DNA of 64,000 bases from Lama guanicoe (GCA_013239625.1 MU053559.1:372001-436000), one strand, 5' to 3'. Counted from the stretch's first letter, positions 38,444-52,190 are shown. A program made the numbers and translations. The notes: generated by a model not told the origin, from the letters alone.

Positions 38444-39269
38444 ACCTCCTTCTCTGAGCTTTTTCGCCAGCTTTTGGCCAGAGTGTGCGGTCTCTAGGCT
38501 GTTTTTGTGGTCTGTGTCCACAGTGTGAGATTCCTGAACTGCTTTGGGTTCTGTGTCCCACGGTGTAAGGTCTCCAAGCTCTTTTGTGCTCTGTGATATC
38601 CCTGAGCCATTTGGGGCATGTTTCCAGTGTTGAGGTCCCATTCTGTCTCACAGCCAGCCTGTACTCCACGGTCTGACACAAATCACCTTTCCTTCCCTTA
38701 ATTGTGTGCTCCTCCCATTCTCGTGCAGACCTGTGCGTGTGTATTTCCTTAGAATACATATTTAGAAGTGGAACTCCCAGGTCAAAGGAGTCATTTATTT
38801 AACAGATCCCCTTTTGAGAACCTACTGTGTGCAGGGCACATTTTTAGGCTCTGCAGAGACGCAGGGAAACTGGAAATCCATATATACACACTGGTGGTAC
38901 TGTCATTCCAGTGGGGAGGGGTGTCAGTTTTTTATTTTGATAGATATAGCCACACAAATTCACACTTCCAGTGGCCAGGGCTCTGCAGCAAGGGGTCGGA
39001 TGCCTTGGCTTCGCTCTTAACAAGATCGTCAGATTAGGGGGCTGGGACGGTCCATTGGGGGGATATGCGAGAGGGAGAAGGGGATGGAACATGGGCAGAG
39101 GGGGGAGGAAGTCATGAAAGAATTTATTTAGTTGTGTTGGAGTGAACCAAAGTTTGAACGATTCCTGGGACATTGACATGAAACAACCCTTCTTAGGTCG
39201 CACACACAGAGAGTAAGAGGCGTGGGAATAAAGAGTTAAGAATGAGACACTGCAGCTCCAGGACACCAT

Positions 39270-39870
39270 TGAACGATGCGAACATGGAACAGTCCGCTCT
39301 GGGAGGTACCACGGGAGTGGGGGTGGTCGTGTATTTTGGAAGAAACCACTGTATGTGTCGGGACACGAGAGGTCCCGCACGTGGAAAGACCCCCACCCTA
39401 GGCAGAGGAGCGAATGGTGATGCCCTGACCGACCTCGGCGCCGGGAGCTGGGATGGGGAAAATCCCACCCTCCGCCTTAGAGCCTCCACCTATCTGGAAG
39501 TCGCGATCGCCATGATTTTATATATCGCCCCACCTGGGTTGGCTCTACGGCTTCTAATCAACAGCGGAGAGGTTGGGGCGGGGGGAGGGGTGGAAATGGA
39601 AGGCGGCGGAGAGGTGATTGGTTTCTGGATGGGTAGGGCGGGATCAAATCCTGTCCTGAGCCTGAAAGCCGGGCCCACCGGCTCCGGGCTGCCATTGGCT
39701 GCTGGTTCAGCGCAGGCGCTATGGCTCCTGGGTTGGCGTTCGGGGTTGCTCTGAGGCAGGGCTTTGGCTACTGGACACTGTAGGTTCGAATCCCATCTAA
39801 GAACTTCAGTTTGCGCACCTGTAAAAGAAGCTGGCATTATTGGCTGGCACAGAATGTGTCGGGTAATCTT
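39270..39870. promoter_or_regulatory. CpG-island-like promoter embedded in the array
   Basis: Local CpG/GC enrichment. Minus-strand TATAAAA (~39516-39522), two CCAAT boxes read on minus (~39617-39621, ~39694-39698), GC boxes (~39575, ~39636), and NRF1-like AGCGCAGGCGCT (39709-39720). Confidence 0.65.
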
Positions 39871-41274
39871 TTCTATTCTCTTCTACCTGTTCTTTCTCGT
39901 TTTAAAACAATGCTTATTGCATCCCATTATATTGATTTCAGGATTCACTCACCATTCACAATAGCACTGAGAAAAATTCGTCTCCAGGGTTCCTGACATC
40001 AGGGTATCAGGCTGCCTCTGGAGGTCTGAGTCCTGCAGAGAAGGTTCAAGGTGATCTCATGATCCTCCTCCAAGCCATCCCCTCCTCCCCTCAGAGAGGA
40101 TGACTTGGAGGTTTCCTGCCCCTCTCTGGACGAGGCCTGATTCGGGGTGTGTGTGTGTGGAGGAGTAGGGTGAGTGGCTGGGCCACAGATGCCTAGAGAG
40201 CGATGCACGGTTTCATGCTCTAGGACACAGGGATGTGTGGCAATTAAAAGGAGAATTTTGAAGAGGGGCAAGACTTAAAGGACTAAACTTTTTAATGATG
40301 GGATTTTTAAGTATCAGGCAGGAGAGGTGTTTGGCTGAGTGTAAGAGGGAAGTGGTTCTCAAGTCAGTCAACTCTCAAGGCAGTTATTACATGCCGTGTG
40401 CAGTTTGGAGGGCTGTCTCCAGAATGCGATATCTCGGGTTTGTTTTGGAATCTCACTGCAGGGTATGACATCTACGAGCAGATCATTTAGTCTCTCAGCT
40501 GCTTTGGGGGTCTGCTTCACAGGGGTTTAGGTCTTCCAGATGTTTGTGGGTCTCTGTCCCAAGATGTGAAGTCTCTAAGCTGTTTGAGGGTCTTTGTCTT
40601 CGGATGTGTGGGCTTTTTTTTTCTTAAACTTAAACTTCATTTTTGTTTTTTTTGGCATTTCTCTGACTACTAAAGGGGTTTAATATTGTTTTCTGAGTTT
40701 GTGGAATGATGTATTTAAGTTTTATAACTTCGCTTTTATGTCCTTTGATCTTTTTGCTTTAAAAATTATTTTAAAATCATTTTAGACTTAGAGAAAAATG
40801 GCAGAAATAGTGCAGAGTTCTTGTATACCCTTTGCCCAGCTTCCCCTAATGTAAGGAACTTACATAACCCTTAAACAATTTTAAAAGCAGGAAACGAATG
40901 GCACTGTTGTTCATGAGCTTTTGTTCCCCTGTTTGGTGTGTGCTCAAGGTGTGAAATGTCAGATCTCTGGACTCAGAGCTCTCTTGGGTTCTGTGTCCCA
41001 TGCTGTGATGTCTCTGAGCATTTTGGTGTATGTTTCTAGATGCTAGATTTTTCATCTTCTTGGTGGTTTTTGTCTCAGAGAATGATGTCTGACTTTTTAG
41101 GGGTCTCTTTAGGGTCTGTCTTCTCTGAGCTGTGTAGTGTCTGAGTTCAGGGTGTGATGTCTTTGAGCATTTTGGGGGTCTGTGTCCAAAGCTGTGTGCA
41201 TGCTCAGTTCCTTTTTATTGGTCTCTAGCAAAGATTCTGAGGTCAGTAAGTGCTTTGGGGTTCTGTGTGTAGGG

Positions 41275-41864
41275 TAGGGTTCCTCAACCTCAGCACTGTC
41301 AACAGGTTTTGGGGGGTATTGCTGAAACTGATTATGTAAGTGAAATCTCAGACCATGAATCTTCAAATTATGGTATTCTAGGCTAATCTTCTGCAAATCA
41401 AGAATAAGTGGGTGAATAATACATTTTTAAATTGAAATATAATGAACCAAAAAAAGAAAAATATAATGGACCTACAACACCCTGTTGGTTCCAGGTATAC
41501 AACACAGTCATTCAGTATTTCTGTGCATTCCCAAATGATCACCATGCACTACTGATATTTTGGATCGGAAAATTCTTTGTTATGGAGGGCATTGTAGGAT
41601 GTTGTATTCATCTGCTAGGGCTGCTATAAAAAATAGTATCATGAACTAGGTATCTCAAACAACAGAAATTTATTTTTCCACAGTTCTGAAGGCTGGAAGT
41701 CCAAGGTCAAGGTGTCAGCAGGCTTGGTACCTTCTGAGGGCTGAGAAAGAGGATCTGTTCCATGCATCTCTCCTAGCTTCTGGTGGTTTGCTGGCAGTCG
41801 TTCTGACGTTCCTTGGCTTTTGCTGCATCACCCTGATCTCTGCCTTCATCTTCACATGGCCTTC

Positions 41865-41901
<37 letters not shown>

Positions 41902-42805
41902 ATGGGTGTCTGTGCCCACATTTACCCGTTTTATAAAGACACCAGTCATATTGCATTTGGGGCTCACCCTGCTCCAGTATGACCTCATCTTACATCTGCA
42001 ATGACCCAACTAAGGTCACATTCTGAGGTTTTAGGGCTTAGGACTTCAACATATGAATTTTGAAGGAACCCAATTCAACCTAGACCAGATGTTTAGCATG
42101 AGAAAGAAAGGAAAGGAGGGGGAGAGAGGAAGGGAGTGGGGGAGCAGCCCCCGACATCCAGAAGCTGTCAGAAGAGTCACAGCTCAGCTATATTACTCTC
42201 TTATTAGATATAAACAGTCTCACAGGATACTAACCTCAGACAAGGTTATTCTGAGACCATGCTAAAATGAGTCAAAGCAAAGCCACTTTATGTTGTCTAA
42301 GCACAGACAAAAACAAGGTCACTGCGCCACCCACAAGATGCCAGACATCCACCTCTTGTAGTTAAAATGAGTGACTGCTCCTTCTCTATCAATTTGAGCT
42401 TTATCCTCACCCTAGTCTGCCCTCCGTATAGATTTAGAGATTTATTGAGATACCCAATCATAAAATTGCCCTCGCTTTCTGACAGCATCCAATCTAGAGT
42501 GAGCCCCTACCTCCTTGGACCCTCCCCCAAACCACTCAACTGAAGCCCAAATCTTATGATTGGTTCTTTCTAACACCCTCTTACCAACATGTTCCACGGT
42601 TCCCATGTTCACCCTCACTGCAATCAGTAGTAAACCCAACTTGTTTAACTACAGCTATATTCCTGGGGGGAGGGTCTTTGGCTGAAGGGCACTGACAGGC
42701 AGCATCCCTGATCTCCACCCAGTAGATGCCAGTAGCACCGCTGCCCTCCCAGCCTTGACAACCCAAACTGTTCCTAGATATCGGCAAATGTTCCCTGGGG
42801 GCTAA
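41275..42805. mobile_element. MER20-type DNA transposon split by nested MLT1B LTR (~41603-42085) and ERV solo LTR (~42099-42697)
   Basis: MER20 pieces (ttcctcaacctcagcactg; attctttgttatggagggcattgtaggatgt; ttagca; gcagcatccctgatctccacccagtagatgccagtagcacc...ggcaaatgttccctgggg) rejoin once the inserts are removed. TSDs gatgt and agca/ggca. Confidence 0.75.
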
Positions 42806-44224
42806 GGTAGGACGTTTTTGAGTAGTTTGGGGTCTTTGTCTGAGGTTTGTGTTCTCTGAGAAAGCGTTTGGGTCTGTGTCTCAGAATGTGAGGTCTCTGG
42901 TCTGCCAACAGCGTCTCCTCCCCGGTGTTTGAAGGCTCTGAGCTCTTGGGAGTGTTGTATCAGGAATGAGTGACCTCATCATGTACCAAAATCCAGATGT
43001 GAGGTGTCTGTGGCACCTCCTCCAACCCGGGCCATATGCCAGTTCAGAAAGGCAGTGAGAAGTGGGGGTCACGTGATTAGTTGTGAACTCCTCCACATGG
43101 ATTCACAGCAACCCTGGCTTCCTTGTCTAGACCGTGAAGTATAGGTGGTCCGCTGTCTTGCCCTTTGTTCTGGAGGTCACAGGGTCTCCTTGGACACCAT
43201 TTGTGGAGATCGTGCTGTAGGGAGGTATTGGTTGTGTCTCTTGACACCAGCCCCAGAGTGGAGACCCCTGTCTCTCAGGATGGACGTTGCTTAGATGGAC
43301 ATTGGAGTCCATCCCCCCTCAGGGCTTGTTCATACCCAGTGCTACCAGTTTTCACCCAGTACACATGGGTTTTGGAGCCTGGTAGACCCTGTTTCAGAGC
43401 CTACAACCCCCAAGTCCTGGTTAGATGGTAGGAGAGTCTAGCTGTTTTGGATCATCTTTCTAAACTTTAACTTTCTGAGGTTTTACAAGACTTCTCTGAG
43501 TCAATAGGACAGGAGGACCACGTACAATCCACACACCTACACTCCACTGATTTCAGCCCCTTCTCCCTAATCACACATTCCTTCTCAATTCAAGGGCAGA
43601 GGGAGGGACACAATTCAGGTAGATGCCATCTCTGGTGGGGAGCCAGGGTGGGTCTGAGACTGTCTCAGTTGGAATGTAGTAGTAACGGGCAAATAACATT
43701 TGCTGTAAATGCGTGTTGGGTTCAGGAAAGAGTAAACACTCTCCAGAATTGCATCTCCAGCTCTACTAAAACCACAATTTTACATCAGCTGCTCTCTTTT
43801 ATTTTTATTTTTATTTTTTTTAAATCGAAGTGCAGTTAGTTACCATGTGTCAATTTCTGGTGTACAGCATAATGTCCCAGTCATGCATATACTTACATAT
43901 ATATATTCGTTTTCATCAGCTGCTCTCTTAAGAACGGATATAATATAGGCTGTGTACCATGAGGCAAGAGACATAGTGAGAAAAAAAAAAGTTCCTCTTG
44001 TGAAAACTGTAAATCTGGTTATAAGAGAGACAGTTTTGTGCATTTATGCAAGAGATAGGGTCTGAGCTCTGGAGAAAGGCTTTGGGGGAGGGTGCAGGGC
44101 CTCATTGAGTCAAAGAACCCTGAAGAGAAATTTCAAAAATAGTGTGAATTGAAAATGAAAATAAAACTTACCAAATTTGTGGATGCAGCAAAGCAGGGCT
44201 TACTTAAAGGGAGGTTTAAAAGGC

Positions 44225-44560
44225 ATTTTGGCTTCTGCCTTGCTATTCCTTGGACCACTTGCTCTAGTGGAAGCTAGCCACCATGTTGTGAGGGCACTCA
44301 AGCAGCCCCCTGGGGAGAGACATGTACCATGGAACTGAGGCACCCCAGCCGAAAGCCAGCACTAACTCACCAGCCACGTGAATGATCCAACTTGGAAGTG
44401 GAGCTCCTGGCCCCACTCCAGCCTTCAGATGACTGCAGCCCAAGAGACCCAAAGCCAGAACCATGCAGCTAAACTGCTCCTGAGTTCCTGACTCCCCAAA
44501 ATGGTGTGAGCTAATTAATGCTTAGCATTGTTTTAAGCTGCTAAATTTGGGGAGTAATTT
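44225..44560. mobile_element. MLT1F-type LTR fragment
   Basis: gaagctagccaccatgttgtgagggcactcaagcagccc...tgttttaagctgctaaatttggggagtaatttgt. Confidence 0.75.
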
Positions 44561-45004
44561 GTGGTGTTTCTGAGCTCTTTGAGAGTCTCTGCCTGGGGTT
44601 CCAGTTTTCTGAGCTTTTTGTGACCTGTATCCATTTCTGGGTGTTTTGAGCATTCTGTGTTTCATGTTTTTACGTCTCTGATCTCTTTGGGTCCTCTCTC
44701 TAGATTTTAGATCTCGGAACCATTTGAAGATCTATGTCCCAAATTATGGGAATTCTGGTCTCCTTTTCTGTTCATGCCCAGAATGTGATCATGACTGTTT
44801 GGGATCTTTCATCCCAGAATGTAATGTCTTTAAGATGCTTTGTACTTGGGTCCAGGATTTGAAGTCTTTGAGCCCTCTGGCAGTCTGTGTTCTGGGTGTG
44901 AGGGTGTTGAGGTGTTTGGGAATCTGTGTCTCAGGTTTCACAGCCATGAACTCTTTGGAGGACTGTGTATAAGTTTTGTTGTTCATTGAGGTATATGGAT
45001 TTTT

Positions 45005-45096
45005 TGATTTTTTAAAAATGGAGGCACTGGGGATTGAACCCAGGACCTTGTGCATGCTAAGCACATGCTCTGCCACTGAGCTGTACTCAACCCCCA
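45005..45096 (-). mobile_element. Vic-1-type SINE in the array, with TSD
   Basis: TSD aggtatatggattttt on both sides; tRNA-Ala-like head on the minus strand. Confidence 0.9.
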
Positions 45097-45757
45097 AGGT
45101 ATATGGATTTTTAAGTCCCAGGAAGTGACGTCATTGAAGTGACTGGCATCCAGGGCATTGGGAGTGTGTCACAGCAGTTTGGGCCTCTAAGTTCCTGGAT
45201 ATGAAGTTCCTGTGGTATTTGAGGGTCTGTGTCCAGATATTGATATTACTGATTTTGAGGACAGAGGGGAAATCAGTGTTCCAGGGTTTCAGCTCTCTAA
45301 ACTGTTTCTGGATATTATAAGGGTTCCGTGCTGTTTGTGGATGTATGTCCCAAATGTGTGGGGTCTGTGATGTGCCTGTGGCTGTATGTTGCATTATACA
45401 GGGTCTCTGTTCATGGGTGTATATTACCAGGGTGTGAGGTATCTGAACTCTCAAGTGTGTGTCCAAGATTATGAGGTGTCTCTGATCTCTTTGCTTATTT
45501 GTTGTCCAGGATGAGAGATTTCTGATTTGCTTGTGAGTGTATATTCCAGGATGTGAGTTCTCTGATCTATGTGGGTGTGTATGTCCAGAGTGTGAGGCTT
45601 CTGCTCTATTTTTGGGTTTATGCCCAATGGTATAAGGTTTCTGATCTGCTTGTGGGCGTACATTTCAGAGAGTGAGGTCTCTGATCTGTTTGTCATTGTA
45701 TGTTGCAGGATGTGAGGTTTCTTTTCTTGGCTGTATGTCAAGAGTATGAAGTTTCTG

Positions 45758-45843
45758 AGGGGAGGGTGTAGCTCAGTGGTAGAGCATGTGCTTAGCATGC
45801 ACAAGGTCCTGGGTTCAATTCCTAGTACCTCTGTTAAAAAAAA
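45758..45843 (+). mobile_element. Vic-1-type SINE in the array
   Basis: ggggagggtgtagctcagtggtagagcatgtgcttagcatgcacaaggtcctgggttcaattcctagtacctc; TSD-like tgaagt.tctga. Confidence 0.88.
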
Positions 45844-48800
45844 TTGTGAAGTGTCTGATCTGTCTTTTTGCATTTATGTCCTTGTATGTTAGAGCCCAGA
45901 TCTCTTTGTAGATGTTTGTGCTTATGTGTGAGCTCTCTGATCTGTTTGTGGGTCTATGTCCCAAGATATGAGGCCTCTGATCTCTTTGTGGATATATTTT
46001 CCTGGTTGTTATATTTCTGAGCTTGTTTGCTTGTGTTTCCTGGGGGTGTGAGTACTCTGATCTGTTTGGTACGTGTGTGTTGTACGATAAGAGGACTCTT
46101 CTGTCTAAGGGTGTATGTCCCACCATGTGAGACCTCTGCTGTGTTTGTGGGGGTGTGTCTCTGGGTGTGAGGTCTCTAAAATGTGTATGGGTGTAGTTCC
46201 AAAGACCTAACTTTCTTGAACTCTTTGTGCGTGTGTGTCCCAGAATGTGAAATATATCATCTATTTGTGGGTGTATGTCCCAGAATATGGTCTCAGGTCT
46301 CTTTCTCCCTGTACATGTCTCAGTATGTGAGGTCTCTCCATGGGTGTGTGTCAGGGGTGTGAGTGCTCTGATACTTTTGTGTTTGTGTGTTCTGGGGAAT
46401 GAGGTCTTTGATCCGTGGGGGTTTTTTTTGTTATTGTTGCAGGGGGCGGGGGCGGTTTGCATAATATGAGTTATCAAATATGTTTGTGGCTCTGTGACCT
46501 ATGATTGAGGTCTCTGATCTCTTTGGGAGTGAATATCCCATGATGTGAAGTCTCTGAGCTCTTTGTTGGTATATATCCCAAGGTGTGAGATCTCTGAGCT
46601 GTTGAGCGGTGTATTTCCCAAAACATAAGGTTTCTGATCTGTTTCTTGCTGTTTGGTAATATGCAAATCTGTCTTCACTGGTGTATGTATATCAAGGTCT
46701 CTTTGTGGGTGTATTTCCTGGGGTATGAGGTCCCTGATCTGTTTCTGGGTGTTTGTCCCAGAGTAAGAAGTCCCTGATCTGTTTGTCCACCTAAGTCTTG
46801 GTATGTAAGATCTCTGATCTTTTCATAGCTGTATCAAGAGCTTGAAGTACTTCATCTCTTTAGGGTGATAATTCCCAGGTGAGATGTCTGTGTTATGTTC
46901 GTGGCTTTATGGCCTGGAATTTTAGGTATCTGAGTTGTTTCTGCAATGTCCTAGAATGTGAGCTCTCTGATCTCCTTGTGTGTATAGGTCTCAGTTATGA
47001 GGTCCTTCCTGATCTGTTTGTGGATATATTCCCTAGAATGGAAGATCTCTACTATGTTTGTGGGTGTCTGTCCCGGAGTGTGAGATCACTGACTTGTTTA
47101 TGTGTGTAGGTCCCAGGATTTGAGGTCTGTGGTCTGCTTGTCACTGTAATTACCAGGTATCTTTCATGGGTGTATGCCAAGCATGTAAGTTCCCTGATAT
47201 GTTTGTGGGTTGTATGAACCTGGTTGTAAGGTTTCTTTCTGTTTATGGATGTATGTCTCATTATGTGAGGCCTGTGAGGTCTTTTTGGGTGTAGGTCCCA
47301 TGGGGTGATGTCTTTTATCGGTTTAGGGGATTATTTACTGGTTTATGGTCTTTTGAGGTTTATGGCCTTTTTTGTCATTGTATGTTCCAGGAGGTAAGGT
47401 CACTTACATGGGTGTATGTAAAAAATATGTAAAGTCTTTGCTCTATTTGTGGTTATATGTCCTTGGGTGTGAGATCTCTGACGTATGGGTTTAATAGAGT
47501 TTGACATTGCCAATCTGTTTGCAAGTATATGTCCCACAAGGTGATATCTCTGATCTTTTTTGGGGGGTGATGTCCCACAATGGGAGGTTCTCATCTATTG
47601 CTCAATGTATTTCCTCAGTGAGAGAGGTGAGGTCTCTCACCTGTGTGAGGGTGTATGTCCTACGATGTGGGGCCTCTAATTTATTTGTAAGTATATTCCC
47701 AGGATATGAGCTCTCTCCTCTCTTTCGAGTGATATATTCCAATTTGAGAGGGTTCTACTTCGTTTCTGAATGTTTTTCCTGGTATGTGGGCCTCTGAACT
47801 GCTTGTGGTGTATACTGCAGGATTTGAATTCTCTGCTCTGTTATGCATGTCTGTCTCAAGTTGTGAGGTTCCTAATCTCTTTGTGGATGTCCATCACAGA
47901 ATGGGGGTCTCCGATCTGTCTGTGTGTGTTTGTCAAATGCATAAGGTCTGATCTGATTGTACATATTTGTCCCAGGATGTAAGGACCCCAGCTGTTTGCA
48001 GGTGTTTGTCCCAGGATGTGAGGTCTCTGCTCTGTTTGAGGATGTTTGTCCAGAGGGTGAGATTTCTCATCCGTTTTTGGGTACGTATACCAGGATGTAA
48101 GTCTCTGATCTCATTGTGGGTCTAATTCTTAGGATTTGAGATCTTTGATCATATGTCCTAGAAAGCATGTTTCTCTACTTTTTAATGCACGTCCATCCCA
48201 GGTTGTGAGTTCTCTGATCTGCGAGGAGGATTATTTCCTAAGAGTTGAGATTTTGGATTTGTTTGTGGGTACATATCATAGAATGTGACATCTTAGATCT
48301 CTTAGGGGGTGTGTGTCTGAAGAGTGAGGTTTGTGACCTCTCTGTGGTTGCATTTCACAGCGTGAAGTCTCTTCTCTGTTCATTCCTGTGTTTCAGTATG
48401 TGATGTCTGCTCATGAATTTTGTCAAGGATGCAAATTCTCTGATCCATTGATTTCTATTCCAGGACAGGAAGTCTCTGCTCTGCTTAGTGGCAAGTGTCC
48501 CAGAGCGTGAGGTGTCTGAACTCTTTGTGTGTGTATGTCCCAAGGAGGGAAGGTCGTGCTGGGTTTATGGGTGTATATTGTGAGGTTTCTGATCTGTTTG
48601 GGAGAGAATTCCAGCCAGTGACGTATCTGAACTCCTTTTGAGTGTATGTACGAAGCTTTGAGGACTCTCACATGTTTATCAGCATATGAGCTGGGGTGAG
48701 AATGCTAATCTATTTTTGGTCTACCCAGGATATGTGGCCTCTGAACCATAGAGTCATGTGGCAGGATTTGAGGTCTCTGGTTTCCTTACGGCTATATTTC

Positions 48801-48919
48801 CCAGGTTTTTAGGTCCCTGATCTGCTTGTGGGTGTATGCATCAGGTATGAGCTCCCTGATTAGTTGGTGGGTGTGTGTATCCCAAGATGTAATGTCTCTA
48901 TCGGTCTGTGCGTGTGTAT

Positions 48920-49506
48920 CTCTGGCTGAATACTGGCCCTCAACGATATACATGTGTCAGTCTCTGGAGCCTGTGACTAGGTTAACTTTCTGACAGAAGG
49001 GACTTTTCAGATGTGACTCAGTTAAGCATCTGGAGATTGAGACTTTATCCTGGATTATCCAGCTGGGCACAGTGTAGTCCCTAAGGGCCTTCCGTGTGGA
49101 AGGCAGGATGGTAAGAGTCAGAAATGATGACATGACGGTGCAGGATGAGTCAAAGAAGGTGACAGAATGATGGAAGCAGAGTCAGAGAAGGAGGTATGAC
49201 GACTGAGCAGAGAGAAGAGAGATTGGAAAGACATTTGAAGATGAAATACTGCTGGCTTTGAAGAAGGACGGGGCCACGGGCCAAGGACTATAGACAGCCC
49301 CTAAAACTGGAAAACACAAGGAAGGGCCTTCTCTCTTGGAGCCTCCTGGAGGAAGGCAGCCCTGCCGACAACCTGATTTTATCTCTGGAAGACTCAATTT
49401 GGGGTTTCTGACCTGTAGAAATGTGAAATAATAGATGTGTGGGTTTTTTTTTTTACAACATGAAGATGACAGTGATTTGTTACAGCAGTGATGGGAAATG
49501 GACACA
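48920..49506. mobile_element. MLT1D-type LTR, copy 1 of a duplicated unit
   Basis: cagatgtgactcagttaagcatctggagattgagactttatcctggattatcc...tttgaagatgaaatactgctggctttgaaga...gtgatttgttacagcagtgatgggaaatggacaca. Confidence 0.8.
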
Positions 49507-51279
49507 GTGTCCCCGGTGGTGATGTCTCTACCTGGTTGTCAGTGCCCAGCCCAGGATGTGAACTCCGTCATCTGTCTGTGAGTGTGTGTCTGATGTATCT
49601 GAGTGAGGCCTCTGACCTACTTGAGGGTATGTGTTCCAAAATGTGTGACTGTTTGTTGGTGTACGTCTCAGAATGGGAGATCTATGATCTGTTTGTGTGT
49701 CCTAGGATGTGAGGTCTTTGAGCTGATCCAGAGTATATGTCCAGTGTATGAGGTCTTTAAGATATTTGTGGGTTATATTCCAGGCTGTGAGGTCTTTGAT
49801 GTGTTTGGGAGGTATTTCTGATGATAATGAGCTTTCTGCTTTCTTTGGTGGTACATCTACTAGAATATGAGGTCTCTAATCTGTCTGATTATGAAGGTCC
49901 AGGGTATGAGGTTTCAAAGAGCTAGCTCACTGTGAATATATGTCCCTTGGCCCGAATCTTCTGATCTCTTTGTGGGTCTGTGCCACAAGATATTCATTCC
50001 TCCTGTGATCTGTTTCTGGCTCTTTTTCATAGCGTGTCTGGTCTCCGATGTGCCTGTGAGTTTATGTTGCTGGATTTGAGATCTCTGATCTAGTTGTGGG
50101 TATCTCTGGTTGTATATGGTCTCTGTTGTGTTCTGGAGTATATCCTACGATGTGAGTCCCCTGATCTCTTTGTTGGTAGATTTCTCAGAATGTGAGGTCT
50201 CAGATCACTTAGAAGGTGTACATTGCAGGCTTTGAGGTCTGTGGTCTCTTCATGGTTACATGTCCAGGTTGTGAGGTCTCTAATCTGTTTGTTGAGGTGT
50301 ATTCCAGAATGTGAACTCTCTGATCTTTGTGTGTGTGTGTGTGTGTGTGTAAGGTGGTGGTGGTGTATGTCTAACGGTGTGAAGACTCAGATCTGTTTTC
50401 TGATAAATGAACCAGGTTAAAAGACTCTTAAGGTGTTTGAGGGTGTTCTCCCAGGATGTGCGCTCTCTGATCCATTTCTGAACACAGGTCCTAGGATGTG
50501 AGGCCTCAGAGCTCTTTGTGGGGTGTGTATCCCCAGTGTGAGTTCCCCGAGCTGTTTGAGGATGTACATCCCAGGGCGTTAGATCTCTGATGCTTCCGGT
50601 GTTATTTACAAGCATATGAGATTTCTGATTTGGTTGCTCAAATATGTAACAGGATGAGACGTGTTAAAGTGTGTAGATCCGAGACATGAGGTTTCTGAGC
50701 TCTTTGTGGGTATATGTCTCAGGCTTGAGGCCTGCGATCTGTTTGCAGGTATGGGTCCCAGGTTTGAGCTCTCCCCTCTCCTTGTGGATGCATGCCTGAA
50801 GATGTCAAGTATCTTTAGTTACTCTGTGAGTATTTCCCAGAATATGTGGTCTCTAATATCCTGTGGGTTCTTATTGCCGGGTTTGAGGTCTCTGAGCCAT
50901 TTTTTGGTTGTATTTCTCAGATGAGGTTTCTGATCCGTTTGTGTGTGTATCACAGTATCTGAAGTTGGTTTGTGTTCTGTTGTCTTGTTCTAGTCTCTCT
51001 TGCTTGTTAGTCAAGGGTGTGAGGTCTGTCTGTGTATATGTGTCTCAATTTGTGAGGTCCCAGGCCCATTTGTGGATGTATGTCCCACAATGTACATCTC
51101 TCTGCTCTCTTTTGATGTCTGCTTGAGGGTAGAAGGTCTCTGATCACTTCCTAGATGTGTGACTCTGGATGAGGGATGTGAGCTCTTTCTGGCACATGCC
51201 CTGGGATTTTAGGTCTCTTGAGATTTTGGAAGGTGTGTGTTTCGTGATGTGAGGTCTCTAATTGTGCATGTGTGTCTCT

Positions 51280-52190
51280 GCTCTGCTGACTTAAGTCCTC
51301 CTAAAGATGCCCGTGTCCTAATCCTTGAAAACTGTGAGGATGTGACCTTCCACGTTAAAAGGTACTTTTCAGGGGGAGGGTATAGCTCAGTGGTAGAGTC
51401 CATGCTTAGCATGCATGAGGTCCTGAGTTCAAATCCCAGTACCTCCATTAAAGCAAAATAAATAAATAAACCTAATTACCACCCCCCACAAAAAATAATA
51501 AAAAAATAAAATGGGTTGCAAACTGGCAGCTCATGGACCATAAAAAATTTTTTTTGAAAAAAGGTACTTTTCAGGTGTGATTAAATTAAGCATCTCGAGA
51601 TGGGAAGATCTTAGATTTTCTAGGTGGGTCCAATATAATCACAAAGATTCTGAAGTGAGGCAGACAGGAAGGTTATTGTCAAGAATGCAAAGTAATGACA
51701 CAGACCAGGTCAGATACAGTGATCGGATGACGGAGCTCTTGGTGGGTGTGTGTCCCAGCTGGCGAAGTCCTTGAGCTGTTCGTGGCAGTATGTCCCAGGA
51801 TGTTAAATTTCTAACTGTGCATAGATGTCTGTAGTCAGGCAAATAATAGGCCCTTGTGAAGCACATGTGACCAGAGAGCCCTAATCAGGGAGGAGAGGTG
51901 ACGGCAGAAGCAGAGAGCAGAGAGATTTGGAGGTGAGGCACTCACAGCTTTGCAAGGGGCCAGAGACCAAGAATGCAGGCAGCTCTGGAAACTGGAAAAG
52001 GCAAGGATATGGATTCTCCCCTTGAATTGTTCCAGAAGGAAGATAGCTCTGTTTACACCTGACTTGAGGACTGTAAGACCCATTTTTGGGTTTCTGACCT
52101 ACGCAAATGTCATATTATAAATAAATTTGTGTTTGTTCCCGACACTGAGATTGCAGTGATTTGTTAGAACAGCAATGGGAAACAAACACA
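51280..52190. mobile_element. MLT1D-type LTR, copy 2, containing a Vic-1-type SINE (51372-51558)
   Basis: Same LTR text as copy 1. The SINE is flanked by TSD aaaaggtacttttcag. Confidence 0.8.

Noticed and set aside
39759..39830. GGTTCGAATCCC B-box suggesting a tRNA or other Pol III RNA
   Set aside because: No cloverleaf. The flanks (gggctttgg... and ttcagtttgcgcacctgtaaaa) match an internally deleted MIR, whose CpG probably survived because it lies in the CpG island.
43090..43760. Non-repetitive stretch, possibly an ERV internal/env fragment or exon
   Set aside because: No convincing ORF, motif or splice pair, so it cannot be assigned by eye; needs a Dfam or BLASTX search.
45815..46477. 220-aa ORF and other H/T/R/P-rich ORFs in the array
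   Set aside because: These are by-products of the CA-rich minus strand of the repeat; frames shift with monomer length and this one ends inside a SINE.
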